Assembly (NCBI GenBank): GCA_963815455.1
Contig: CAWFGO010000001.1
Span: 768,001 to 832,000 of the forward strand
Reading direction: 5' to 3'
DNA length: 64,000 nt
From: an uncultured Verrucomicrobiae bacterium
GTDB taxonomy: Bacteria; Verrucomicrobiota; Verrucomicrobiia; Chthoniobacterales; UBA10450
In this document: piece after piece, positions 1 to 9,845 of the stretch
How positions within the stretch are numbered: position 1 is the first letter of the stretch
How the letters are laid out: the number at the start of each line of letters is the position of its first letter
The notes under the pieces: generated by a model
The model's input: only the letters and a program-made list of their open reading frames with translations
The model's database searches: none
What the model was told of the DNA's origin: nothing
Translations under genes and position numbers: made by a program

Positions 1-1344
1 CACGTAATCCCACATCAAACGCCGGATCTCGTCCCAATTATGATAAATCACGACCAGCTCATCCACATCCTGGACATTGCCGGATTGCCATTCGGGCACG
101 GACATTTCGCGAGTCGGATACGACGGCGATTTGAAATTCACCGCAATTTCGGCTGCGCGATGCGCCACCACCAGACCTTCCAGCAGTGAGTTAGCTGGCA
201 AGCCGATTCGCGCCGTGCAATCCGGTGCAGCCCACTTCGCCGATGGCAAAAAGGCCCGGCAAACTTGTCACCCCGTTCACGTCGGTGTTGATCCCGCCGC
301 ATTGATAATGCGCCGCCGGCACAACCGGGATCGGCTGCTTCGACATGTCGATCCCGAATCGCAGACACGTTTCGTAAATGTGCGGGAAACGCTCCTTGAT
401 GAATTCCGGCGATTTGTGCGTGATATCGAGAAAGACGCATTGCGCTCCGGAACGTTTGATCTCGGCGTCGATCGCCCGGGCCACGATGTCCCGCGGCGCC
501 AGCGCACCGCGCGAATCGTAGCGTTTCATAAAATCTTCGCCGCGATTGTTGCGCAAGATGCCGCCCTCGCCGCGCACCGCCTCGGAGATCAGAAACGATT
601 TCGCTTTTGGATGAAACAGACAGGTCGGATGGAATTGCACGAACTCCATGTTCGCGATCGTCGCTCCGGCCCGCCAGGCCATGGCCACGCCGTCGCCGGT
701 CGCGATGTCCGGATTGGTTGTGTAGAGATAAACTTTCCCGCAACCGCCGGTCGCCAGCACGATCCGGTCGGACCGGATCGTTTCCACTTCGCCGCTTTTT
801 TCATCGAGAACATAAACACCCAGACAACGGTCCTCGGTGGCGAACCCGAGTTTCGCCGCGGTGATCAAATCGACCGCCATGTGATTCTCCAGAAGGTCGA
901 CATGCGGCTGACGGCCCAATTCGCGAAGCAACGTCTCCTCGATCTCCTTGCCCGGTCACGTCGTGCACATGCAAGACGCGCCGTTTCGAATGGCCGGCTT
1001 CGCGTCCCAGATCGAGCTCGCGATGTCCCTGCGACTTCGCGCTCGTCGAAATGCAAGCCAAGATCGACAAGCTCGCGGATTCGCGCAGGCCCTTCGGTCA
1101 CGACCGTGCGCACAACGTTCTCGTCGCAAAGTCCCGCCCCCGCTTCGAGCGTGTCGCGCACATGCAGATCGAAAGAATCTTCGTCGCTCGTGACGCAGGC
1201 AATGCCGCCCTGCGCCCACGCCGTATTCGTATCGGCGCCTTTGCGTTTCGTAACCACAGCCACCGAGCCGTGCTTCGCCGCTTTCAAGGCAAAACTCAGC
1301 CCCGCAATGCCGCTGCCGATCACGACGAAATCGTATTCCTTCAT
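1..1344 (-). CDS. nadB: L-aspartate oxidase (frameshifted; runs off window start)
   Basis: N-terminal GSGIAG FAD motif and [10 protein letters not shown] (ORF 865..1344), then [32 protein letters not shown] and [10 protein letters not shown] (ORF 191..931); pieces lie in different frames. Confidence 0.93.
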
Positions 1345-2175
1345 TCCAAACGAATGTTATCGATCAACCGAGTCTTGCCGAAGAACACCGCCAGCGCGAG
1401 CAGCGAATTCGGCCGGACCGATTCGATCGGTTGCAAAGTCTCCGCATCGACAAGACCGACATAGTCGATCCGCGCCAGACGGCGCTTCGCCAATCGTTTT
1501 CCGCGACAAGATCGACAATTTCCTTCGCGGATTTCGTCCCGGCATTCTTCGCCGCCATCAAAGCCTGGTGCAAAACCGCCGCCTGTTTTCGCTCGCTCCG
1601 CGTTCAAATATTGATTGCGCGAGCTGCAGGCCAATCCGTCCTGTTCGCGCACGGTCGGCACGGCGACGATGTCGATCTTGAAATTGAGATCGCGCACCAT
1701 GCGCCGGATGATCGCCAGTTGCTGAAAATCTTTTTCGCCAAACACCGCCGCGTCCGGCGCAAGAATGTTGAACAATTTCGCCACCACCGTGCAAACACCG
1801 CGAAAATGTCCGGGGCGCGATTCGCCTTCGAGCACGTTGGACAATGCAATTTCATCGACGAACACCGACCGATCGTCCGCATACATTTCCTCCGGAGACG
1901 GCCGGAACAGAAGATCGACACCGGCCTTCCGGCAGAATTCTTCATCGGTTTTTTCCGGGCGCGGATACCGCTCGTAATCGCTTCCCGGTTCGAACTGGAG
2001 CGGGTTCACAAAAATGCTGACCACAACTTCGCCATCTTTCCAGCCCGCTCTCGCGCGCGCGACGCGGATCAATTCGCCATGCGCCTTGATGCAAAGCGCC
2101 CATCGTCGGCACCAGCACGCGTGGTCTAGCCCGCGGCTGCGACTGCGCCTCGTCAATTGTGGTCAAAATCTTCAT
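1341..2175 (-). CDS. panC: pantoate--beta-alanine ligase (frameshifted)
   Basis: VPTMGALH (frame of ORF 1942..2418, ATG at 2175), then SIFVNPLQF, RPGHFRGV, FGEKDFQQ, DGLACSSRN and C-terminal TRLIDN in ORF 1341..2156. Confidence 0.93.
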
Positions 2176-2192
2176 CCACCTCGATTGTCGAT

Positions 2193-2882
2193 CTATTCCA
2201 GCCAAATCGCCTGCCTGGCGAACCGAAAGTTCCGGTGGCCGAATTTTTCCCAGCCGGCCCGGCGCGCCAATTCCTGCATTTCTCCGAATGAAAATGCTCG
2301 CGCGGCGGAAAGGCGCGCATCGAAGCGGGTCATTGGTTCGCGAAATATTACCGCGGTCAAAAGATAAACGCCGGCATCGGTCAGAAATCCCCGTCGCAAG
2401 TCCGAGACTAGCACCCATCTGCGCGACAGTTCACGACACCGGGACAAGATACGGATGGCGTCGTTGTCACTAAAGTGGTGCAAGGCGAGCGAATTCAGAA
2501 CGATGTCGTAGCGCTCATCAGACTTCCATTCCAGAATGTTCGCTTCCAAGAAAGAGATCTCCGGGTATTCGGCGCTCAAACTTTTGGCTATCTCAAGAAT
2601 CGGAGGTTGCTGATCCACCGCATCAATCTGAACGGTGGCGCCGATCGATCTGGCGTAATCGACAATGCGTCGTGGGATATCGCCCGATCCAGTGGCCAGA
2701 TCGGCGATGCGCACGTGATCGCCCGGTTTGAGCCAGCGTTTCATAAAACTCAAAACCAGACGATAACTGCCAAACCAGCGATTGAGCTGACGAATGCGTT
2801 CCAGATCGAGTTCCAGCTCGGGCGAGACCGGCTGCGGCCGATCCATCATCTCCAGCACAGCCGGATCGAATTGGCGCTTCAT
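2193..2882 (-). CDS. class I SAM-dependent methyltransferase
   Basis: IADLATGSGD motif I, YDIVLNSLALHHF, N-terminal EMMD motif. Confidence 0.85.
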   Translation of the reverse strand: MKRQFDPAVLEMMDRPQPVSPELELDLERIRQLNRWFGSYRLVLSFMKRWLKPGDHVRIADLATGSGDIPRRIVDYARSIGATVQIDAVDQQPPILEIAKSLSAEYPEISFLEANILEWKSDERYDIVLNSLALHHFSDNDAIRILSRCRELSRRWVLVSDLRRGFLTDAGVYLLTAVIFREPMTRFDARLSAARAFSFGEMQELARRAGWEKFGHRNFRFARQAIWLE

Positions 2883-2925
2883 TTAAATGATCTCGCGGCC
2901 TCGGAAAATTTCGGAGCAGCGCTTT

Positions 2926-3058
2926 CTGTCATCCCGAGCGCAGCGAGGGACCTCACAATCGCGCTCCAGCCGACCAAACGACACTATGCCAGGACCGTAT
3001 CGTAGCTCGCGAACGCTGCCTCTGCTCGCGGGGTCCTTCGCTTCGCTCAGGATGACAG
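2926..3058. repeat. GTCAT..ATGAC palindromic repeat pair (REP/MITE-like), copy 1
   Basis: CTGTCATCCCGAGCGCAGCGAGGGACCTC ... GGGTCCTTCGCTTCGCTCAGGATGACAG inverted ends; related copies at 36315, 42914, 43723 and 53862. Confidence 0.85.
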
Positions 3059-3137
3059 ACATGGCGCAGCGCGTTTCACGGTAATGCGAATTCATTCTAC
3101 GCTTGGAAAATCACTGTCGCCTAATCACAGGGCGCCG

Positions 3138-3884
3138 CTACGACGAGAGGAATTTTTCCCAGCCCGGCGGCAACTCCGCCGTCTCGACCTCGCTGGCAAT
3201 CCGCCCCTCGAACTCGGGATGAAAGGTCGTGCTCGTCCCGTAAACCATGAGCACATCCTCGGAACCTTCCGCGCGGATCGCGTGAGCCACCCCAGGCGGA
3301 ACGACAACGCCCACGTTGTTGCGCCCGCGATGATTATCACCATCGACAAAAAAACGCATCGTCCGCCCAGGCAGACCGGCCCGGACATCGCGCAGGATCA
3401 TTTCGGCCCGGCCTTGCAGAAAAAACATCACGTCCCATTGCTCGCGATCGTAGGGACGAAGCGAAAATTGTTGCGGCTCGGTGATGAACAAACGCCGGTG
3501 CCATTTTTCGGCCGTAGTGTCGGCCGGAATGCTCGGCGGATGGATATGAAATCCCTTTGCGCTGTGAGCAAACATCCGCGCGGCCGCCCATTGCCTGGGC
3601 CAGAGGCCAATTCTGGCCAGGACGCCTTCGTCCTGCCGAACCAGCTCGCCAAACGCCCCGCGATACCGCTGGGCATGGACCTCGCGCCGGAAAATCTCAA
3701 CGCCCGGAATCCAAACCCGTTTTATTTCGGGCTTACGCTGGTCGGCCCCGGCCAGCTCGCCGGCATCGACTCCCGATTGGCGTAGCCGCTGGTCGAGCGA
3801 ACTCGTCTTGTAGTCCCGCGCAGCCAGCGCCTTTCGCGCCGATTCGCTCAGGCCGGCCCAAAGATTCTTGTCGCGTTTGTTCAT
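3138..3884 (-). CDS. RmlC-like cupin (dTDP-4-dehydrorhamnose 3,5-epimerase family)
   Basis: RYRGAFGEL, KGFHIH, LRDVRAG and VVVPPGVAHA cupin motifs. Confidence 0.7.
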   Translation of the reverse strand: MNKRDKNLWAGLSESARKALAARDYKTSSLDQRLRQSGVDAGELAGADQRKPEIKRVWIPGVEIFRREVHAQRYRGAFGELVRQDEGVLARIGLWPRQWAAARMFAHSAKGFHIHPPSIPADTTAEKWHRRLFITEPQQFSLRPYDREQWDVMFFLQGRAEMILRDVRAGLPGRTMRFFVDGDNHRGRNNVGVVVPPGVAHAIRAEGSEDVLMVYGTSTTFHPEFEGRIASEVETAELPPGWEKFLSS

Positions 3885-4017
3885 GTCGATCTTGGGAAGC
3901 GACTTGCGTGCCTAACGAGACACCGCCAGTCGCCACCGGGATAGTATATGTAATTGAAGCCGGGCACATGCAAATTTACGCTGCGGCATAGGTGCGCCAT
4001 ACTCTGGGCGACTCCGC

Positions 4018-5958
4018 ATGTTCGACTTTCCAATTTACCTCCTCTACCGTGCCGCGACTGCCGTCCTGGCCCTGCTCCCTTTGCGCGTCCTTTTCGCAAT
4101 CGGGAACACGACCGGGTTCTGCGCCTGGGTGATCGCGGGAAAATATCGAGAACTGGCATGTCGTAATCTGGCGATCGCATTCGCGCCGGGAAAATCGGCC
4201 GGCGAATTGCGCCGCCTTGCCCGCCGCCATTTTCAGAGACTCGGCGCGAATCTCCTTTGCAGCGTGAAACTCACCCACATGCCTCCGGAGGAAATTCTTC
4301 GGCATGTTACGGTCGAAAATATCGAGAGTATGGACCGGGCATTTCGCGCCGGCGTTCCCGTGGTTCTCGTTTTGAGTCATCTCGGCACCTGGGAATTATT
4401 TGCACAATTGATGCCGAAATTCGTCGGTTACGTTCGCAATGCGACTGTCTATCAAAAGCTCGGCAATCGTTTCATCGATGAACATGTCCGGCGCACTCGC
4501 AGTCGCACCGGTCTGGAGATGTTCGACCGCAAGGAAGGATTCCAGCCCGTCATCGATTTGCTGCGCGCCGGCGGCGGTGTCGGCATTTTGAGCGACCAGC
4601 ACGCGGGCGACCAGGGACTTTGGACGCCGTTTTTCGGACGGCTGGCATCGACATCGCCACTGGCTGCGCTGCTGGCCAAGCGCAGCCGGGCAGCGCTGAT
4701 CGCCGCCGCGGTTTACACCGCCGGTCCGGCGTGTTGGCGCATGGTTTTTACCGATCGGTTCGACAAAGCCGGCGAGTCACTCGAATCGATCACGTCGAAA
4801 ACAAACGAAATAATCGAACAACAAATTCGCCACGCCCCCGAGGACTGGTTTTGGGTTCATAATCGATGGAAAACACCGCGCCCGAAATTCCTGCTCGCGC
4901 GATACAAACGCGGAGTGTATCTGCCCTCCAATGTGCCCGCGAAAGATTTGAAACCGTTCCGGATTCTGGTTCGCTCGAGCAATTGGCTCGGAGACGCCGC
5001 CATGAGCGTCCCCGCGATTCGCGCGATCAAGGCCGGCCGGCCCGATGCCCACGTCACTATCGCCGCGCCGGCGAAAATCGCGCCGCTATGGAAGTTGGTG
5101 CCGGAGGTGGATGAAATTCTGCCGCTCAAACGGAAATCGCTGTTTGCCGCTGCCCGTGCAATTCGGCAACAACCCGATTTCGACGTCGCGATTCTCTTTC
5201 CCAATTCGCTCCGGGCGGCACTGGAGGTCTGGTTAGGCGGCGTTCCCCGGCGGGTCGGTTATCGCGGCCATCGGCGGAGCTGGTTATTGAACCAGATCGT
5301 GCGCGAAGCGCGAAAGCCGGGACCGATCGAGCACCAGAGCAATCGCTATCTTCGGATCGCCCAGGAGTGCGGAGCGGAAATGGCAGCGATCGAAAATCGA
5401 AAATCGAAAATCGAAAATATCGCGAGGAACGAAGGAACAAAGATCGCCCTTTGCCCCGGCGCGGAATATGGGCCGGCCAAACGCTGGCTGCCGGAACGTT
5501 TTGCCGAAGCCGCCAGCAGCATCGCCGCGCAACAGAAAGTGCAATGGATCTTGTTTGGAACGGCGAACGACGTCGATGTTGGAAAACAAATCGCCGGAGC
5601 GTTGGGCGACAATTGCATCAATCGCATCGGCCAAACCACACTCGATCAACTTATCGACGAACTACGCGAGTGCCGATTATTGCTTACGAACGACACCGGC
5701 TCGATGCATCTGGCCGCGCTTCTGGACGTGCCGACTGTCGCCGTCTTTGGCTCGACCGAGCCGAAACTGACCGGCCCCCTCGGCGATGGTCACGTAATTC
5801 TGCGCCATCAAGTCGAGTGCAGTCCGTGTTTCCTGCGCCATTGCCCGATTGATTTCCGATGCATGAAAGCCGTAACCGTCCCGGAAGTTGTCGATGCCGT
5901 GATGTCGATCTTGCAGGGCAACACCACGAAGAAAACGAAGAGCGCGAAGAAAAGTTGA
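4018..5958 (+). CDS. waaF: fused lipid A late acyltransferase (LpxL/HtrB family) + heptosyltransferase II (GT9)
   Basis: N-half has HLGTWE, LSDQH and PEDWFWVHNRWK; C-half has NWLGDAAMS, PGAEYGPAKRW, TNDTGSMHLAA and CSPCFLRHCP. Confidence 0.88.
   Translation: MFDFPIYLLYRAATAVLALLPLRVLFAIGNTTGFCAWVIAGKYRELACRNLAIAFAPGKSAGELRRLARRHFQRLGANLLCSVKLTHMPPEEILRHVTVENIESMDRAFRAGVPVVLVLSHLGTWELFAQLMPKFVGYVRNATVYQKLGNRFIDEHVRRTRSRTGLEMFDRKEGFQPVIDLLRAGGGVGILSDQHAGDQGLWTPFFGRLASTSPLAALLAKRSRAALIAAAVYTAGPACWRMVFTDRFDKAGESLESITSKTNEIIEQQIRHAPEDWFWVHNRWKTPRPKFLLARYKRGVYLPSNVPAKDLKPFRILVRSSNWLGDAAMSVPAIRAIKAGRPDAHVTIAAPAKIAPLWKLVPEVDEILPLKRKSLFAAARAIRQQPDFDVAILFPNSLRAALEVWLGGVPRRVGYRGHRRSWLLNQIVREARKPGPIEHQSNRYLRIAQECGAEMAAIENRKSKIENIARNEGTKIALCPGAEYGPAKRWLPERFAEAASSIAAQQKVQWILFGTANDVDVGKQIAGALGDNCINRIGQTTLDQLIDELRECRLLLTNDTGSMHLAALLDVPTVAVFGSTEPKLTGPLGDGHVILRHQVECSPCFLRHCPIDFRCMKAVTVPEVVDAVMSILQGNTTKKTKSAKKS
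5389..5418 (+). repeat. heptamer tandem repeat (ATCGAAA)x4 in frame within the waaF domain
   Basis: four perfect ATCGAAA units plus AT, encoding IENRKSKIEN. Confidence 0.85.
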
Positions 5959-5979
5959 ATTAATCTGCCTTTCCAACCG

Positions 5980-6417
5980 ATGAATTCAGAGGCGCCGCGT
6001 ATTCGCACCGAAGTGCAGGTGATGTTTTTCGACACCGACTGCGGCGGGGTCGTTTCCAACATCGCTTATCTGCGGTTTATCGAGATCGCCCGCACCCAGC
6101 TGGCGGAGGAACTCGGTCTTCGTTTGGCCGACATGTCCAGGACCCAGCAATATCCCGTGATCGTTCGGACCGAGATCGATTACCGGCGGGCCGCGAAACT
6201 GGCGGATCGGCTCGTGGTGGAAGGCTGGCTCGATCGAGTCGAGCGCGCGCGGTTCTGGTGCGCCTTTCGGATTGTTCGGCCAAGCGACGACGCCCTAATA
6301 GCCGAGTGCCGCCAGATGCTCGCGCTGATCGAAATGCCTGCCGGGAAATTGCTGCGTTTGCCGGAAAGCTGGGACAAATATCGTGGGCCGCGGTCGGCGG
6401 CCGCGGCTACAGGTTAA
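5980..6417 (+). CDS. acyl-CoA thioesterase (4HBT/YbgC hotdog family)
   Basis: FFDTDCGGVVSNIAYLRFIEIAR motif. Confidence 0.85.
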   Translation: MNSEAPRIRTEVQVMFFDTDCGGVVSNIAYLRFIEIARTQLAEELGLRLADMSRTQQYPVIVRTEIDYRRAAKLADRLVVEGWLDRVERARFWCAFRIVRPSDDALIAECRQMLALIEMPAGKLLRLPESWDKYRGPRSAAAATG

Positions 6418-6423
6418 TTGTCG

Positions 6424-8211
6424 ATGGTCGCCGCCACTCGCACATTTCGGATTGAAGAAACTCTGCTCGAGCCGCAGGCCATTCCCCCGCCCCCGACTCG
6501 GCATGCGCTGTTTGTCATTTTGATCGCGCTGGCGGCGTTATTGCACGTGGCGACGATCGGCTCGGGCGATCTCTACAGCCAGACCGAGGGGCAATACGCC
6601 GGCGCTGCCAAAGAGATGGTTGAGACCCATCAATGGCTCCTGCCTACCAATGACGGAATTCCGCGCCTGCAAAAACCGCCCCTTCTCTACTGGCTCATCA
6701 TTATTTCCTTCAAGTTGTTTGGCGTAAACGCCGCCGCAGCGCGTCTGCCCGTTGCTCTCGCCGTGGTTGCCTCGGTTGCTCTTGTTTTCTTGATTGGCGA
6801 AAAATTGACGGATTACTGGCGCGGCTTTGTCGCGGGCCTGATCTATCTCAGTTTGTGTGGAACGTTCCTGCTGGCCCGCATCGTCATGCCGGAGCCGCTG
6901 GTCAGTGCATTCGTCGCCGGCGCGATTTTTTGCGGTATTTGTGGTTATCAGCGGCGGCAATATCGCCGCGTCTGGTTCGCCGGATTCTGGATTTGTGGCG
7001 CCCTGGCCTGCCTGACCAAAGGCGTCCTGGGATTCGTTTACCCGGCCGCGGTTTTTCTTGTGCTGGCAATTTTTTACCGCGAAGCGCGCATCCGGTTTCG
7101 CGGACTCCTCCGTTTGGAATATCTGTCGATCTTCCTCCTAATCGTCGCGCCCTGGCATATCTGGGCGGAACGGCATTTTCCAGGATACTTTCATTACATC
7201 ATCGGGCAGGAATGGATGGGGCATCTGCGCGGCGTTTCCGACGAAACGCGCGATTTCGCCGGCGTCCCGCCTTTGCAATTCCTGGCGCTGCATTTGGCCT
7301 GGTGGTTCCCGTGGTCGGTCGCGCTGTTGCCGGGCGTTGTTTTTGCCTGGCGCCGAATACTGCGGCCGCGTGAAATTGACTTCGGCGACGCGCTCCCGCT
7401 ATACTGGATGGCAGTGATTTTTGTGCCGTTGCTCTTTCTCGGCCAGCGCCAGGATTATTATTCGATGAGCATGTGGGGCGCGCTTGCGCTCTGGGCCGCC
7501 GTGGCGTGGGACCGGATGCCGGCCCGGTTCCGCGTTGCTGGAACAATCGCGGTCGGTCTCGTGGGAGTGGCCAGCGTTGCGCTCGCCTTATTCCTTCCAC
7601 ATGCCGCCAATACATTGAACGGACATTGGGGAATAATGGACAAACGCTGGACCGCATGGGCTGCCTTGCGCGACATGCCCGTTTCAACCTGGCTCTCGTT
7701 TCGCCCCATGCTTGCCATCACGGGCGCCTCACTTGTTTCCCTGTCTCTGGTGGCGCTCTATTTTAGGCAGCGCGAGAAACTGGCCGCCGTCGCCCTGGCC
7801 GTCGCGATGTTGCCCGGTGGACTCAGCATGATGGACGGCGTCGCCCGAATGGCGCCGTATTTTTCAATGGCCGAGATCGGCCGGTTCTTGAACCCGCGCC
7901 TGGAAGACAATGGCGAAGTGCTTTTCGAAGGTCTGCTAACTGACGGCAGCAGCCTCATTTTTTATCTCGATCAAAAGTTCTTTCTCGTAAATCAAAACCC
8001 GCGCAAGGAAAACCCGATCGGCAAACCGTCCACCGGCATTTTTCTCAAGGAAGAAGTCGTTTTGGAAAAATGGGGGTCGCCCGATGCCGTTTATCTAATC
8101 GTCGAGCAGGGGCGCGTCAGCTACTGGCAACAGCGAATAACCGAACGCTTTCACATTTTTCATCAGGTCACGACGTCGGGCACGTACGCCGTGCTCAGCA
8201 ATCAACTATAA
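6424..8211 (+). CDS. ArnT/PMT-like (GT83/GT39) membrane glycosyltransferase
   Basis: [31 protein letters not shown]; many TM helices. Confidence 0.85.
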   Translation: MVAATRTFRIEETLLEPQAIPPPPTRHALFVILIALAALLHVATIGSGDLYSQTEGQYAGAAKEMVETHQWLLPTNDGIPRLQKPPLLYWLIIISFKLFGVNAAAARLPVALAVVASVALVFLIGEKLTDYWRGFVAGLIYLSLCGTFLLARIVMPEPLVSAFVAGAIFCGICGYQRRQYRRVWFAGFWICGALACLTKGVLGFVYPAAVFLVLAIFYREARIRFRGLLRLEYLSIFLLIVAPWHIWAERHFPGYFHYIIGQEWMGHLRGVSDETRDFAGVPPLQFLALHLAWWFPWSVALLPGVVFAWRRILRPREIDFGDALPLYWMAVIFVPLLFLGQRQDYYSMSMWGALALWAAVAWDRMPARFRVAGTIAVGLVGVASVALALFLPHAANTLNGHWGIMDKRWTAWAALRDMPVSTWLSFRPMLAITGASLVSLSLVALYFRQREKLAAVALAVAMLPGGLSMMDGVARMAPYFSMAEIGRFLNPRLEDNGEVLFEGLLTDGSSLIFYLDQKFFLVNQNPRKENPIGKPSTGIFLKEEVVLEKWGSPDAVYLIVEQGRVSYWQQRITERFHIFHQVTTSGTYAVLSNQL

Positions 8212-8775
8212 CGGGCCGCGCACGTCGTCCTTGAGCAATCGCCCCCAATACTGGTTGTAGGGATGAACGCGCGTCTCGCGCTCGCCATCGCGGACAAGCG
8301 GGCGATGTTCGTTGGCCCACTCGAAAATCCCGCCATCTAGATTTTGCACGTGAGTAAATCCGGCCGCGCGCAGGCGTTGGGCCAGCGCGGCGGAACGATA
8401 CCCGACCGCGCAATAGGTAATGATCGGCGTGTCTTTCGGAATATCCGGCGCCGCGCTTTCCGCAGAAGCGCCCGGCTCGACCCGGCGCGCGTTGGGAATG
8501 TGACTCATGTTCCATTCCTCCGGTGTCCGAACATCGAGAAGCAGCGGCGATTGACGTTGTCGATCTTCCTGCCAGGCCGCCAACTCCTGCGTCGATATCC
8601 ATTGCACCTGCGGGAATTGGCTGCGGAGCGAGGCTCGCAGGAGGAACCATTGAAACGCACTTGTCTTGGTCGCGCCGTAGCCGGCCACAAGCACGATGAG
8701 CGCCGTGAGAACGAGGCCAAGCCGCGTGTTCGACTTCCCTGGTACTCGTGGCGGTAGTGGGCTGGCTAACTCCAT
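8206..8775 (-). CDS. rhodanese-like domain protein
   Basis: [34 protein letters not shown]-terminal TM/signal segment. Confidence 0.88.
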   Translation of the reverse strand: MELASPLPPRVPGKSNTRLGLVLTALIVLVAGYGATKTSAFQWFLLRASLRSQFPQVQWISTQELAAWQEDRQRQSPLLLDVRTPEEWNMSHIPNARRVEPGASAESAAPDIPKDTPIITYCAVGYRSAALAQRLRAAGFTHVQNLDGGIFEWANEHRPLVRDGERETRVHPYNQYWGRLLKDDVRGPL

Positions 8776-8850
8776 TTGAATAATTCGGTGACCGGCTTAA
8801 TGTGCCCGCTCATTTTCTACGTTTCAACGCCTTAACTCTTAAACGAATTT

Positions 8851-9006
8851 ATGTCGCAACATCGAAGTCTAAAAGGGGCCAGCACCATCGCCGCCAAACG
8901 CAACGTGCTAAAGCGTTTCGAGCGGGTCGAGCTTCTCAAAAAGCGCGGGCAGTGGAAGGACGGCCAGAAAGTCGTCGGCCTTCCCAAGACCAAGCCGGAT
9001 GTGTAA
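8851..9006 (+). CDS. PVC-superphylum small basic protein (51 aa; not in ORF track)
   Basis: translated by hand: MSQHRSLKGASTIAAKRNVLKRFERVELLKKRGQWKDGQKVVGLPKTKPDV; matches the MSxHxSL..RNVLKRxER..W..GLPK pattern of the Chlamydiae/Verrucomicrobia/Planctomycetes small basic protein. Confidence 0.88.
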   Translation: MSQHRSLKGASTIAAKRNVLKRFERVELLKKRGQWKDGQKVVGLPKTKPDV

Positions 9007-9011
9007 GCGTA

Positions 9012-9096
9012 GTTGAGCGGTTGAGATGTTGAGTGGTTGAGGGGAATTGCTCATATCAACTTTCTCAACTCCTCAACCTCTCAACTCCTCAACCTC
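9012..9096. repeat. inverted arrays of octamer repeats (GTTGAGnn)x4 / (CTCAACnn)x4-5
   Basis: GTTGAG at 9012, 9020, 9028, 9036; CTCAAC at 9064, 9072, 9080, 9088. Confidence 0.8.
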
Positions 9097-9098
9097 CC

Positions 9099-9845
9099 TT
9101 GCGTCTCAACCGTTTCCTCGCCGCCGCCGGCGCGGGGTCGCGTCGTCATTGCGATGAGCTGATTGCCGCCGGACGAGTCACGATTAACGGCCAGGTTTGC
9201 ACAAATTTCAGCGCGCAACCGGCCGAGCGCGATCACGTTAAAATCGACGGCAAACTTGTCCATGTCGATCCCCCGCTCACGATCATGTTGCATAAACCAG
9301 CCGGGTTCGTTTCCACGCGAAAAGACGAGCATGCCCGTGACACAATCTTCGATCTTCTGCCTCGAAAGCTTTCCGCGCTCTTCAGCATCGGTCGGCTCGA
9401 TGCCCAGAGCGAAGGCCTGCTCCTTCTCACCAACGATGGCGACCTCGCCCAGCGGCTTACCCATCCTCGCTACAAGATCGACAAGGAATACGAGGTAACT
9501 CTCGATCGCGCATGGGATCCGGCTCTGATGCCGAAATTATCGAAAGGAATTTTTTTGGACGGCAAACGGGCCCGGATCGAGCGGCTTCATTCGATGGCGC
9601 CGAGACGTTTGCGAGTCGTTCTGCGTCAGGGAATCAACCGGCAGATCCGCCGCATGTTCGAAGCGGTCGGTTATCGGGTGAAACATCTGGCCCGTATCCG
9701 GATCGGAAATTTGCGTCTCGGCGATTTACCTCGCGGCCACTGGCGCCCGCTCAACAAGCGCGAGCTCGAAAGTGTAGAGGCGGCCGTGCCGGCCGCAAAC
9801 CGTCGGGAAACTGCGCGCGACACGCGCGCCTCTACACCAAAATGA
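9099..9845 (+). CDS. rRNA pseudouridine synthase (RsuA/RluB/E/F family)
   Basis: S4 domain RLNRFLAAAG-SRR, HKPAG, catalytic GRLD, EGLLLLTNDGDLA, NRQIRRM; TTG start at 9099 inferred. Confidence 0.9.
   Translation: MRLNRFLAAAGAGSRRHCDELIAAGRVTINGQVCTNFSAQPAERDHVKIDGKLVHVDPPLTIMLHKPAGFVSTRKDEHARDTIFDLLPRKLSALFSIGRLDAQSEGLLLLTNDGDLAQRLTHPRYKIDKEYEVTLDRAWDPALMPKLSKGIFLDGKRARIERLHSMAPRRLRVVLRQGINRQIRRMFEAVGYRVKHLARIRIGNLRLGDLPRGHWRPLNKRELESVEAAVPAANRRETARDTRASTPK
9772..9837. repeat. GTAG-type REP-like doublet inside the 3' end of the pseudouridine synthase gene
   Basis: 11-bp inverted ends GTGTAGAGGCG/CGCCTCTACAC; each half is itself a GC-rich hairpin. Confidence 0.75.

Noticed and set aside
77..1681. 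534-aa + strand ORF and many other long antisense ORFs (e.g. 25212..26348, 32249..33259, 54013..54957, 62974..63900)
   Set aside because: They are shadow frames of recognisable genes on the opposite strand or another frame, common in GC-rich DNA, and have no motifs.
2193..2882. Type III PKS cluster suggested by this methyltransferase subfamily
   Set aside because: No chalcone-synthase-like or FAD monooxygenase gene is adjacent.
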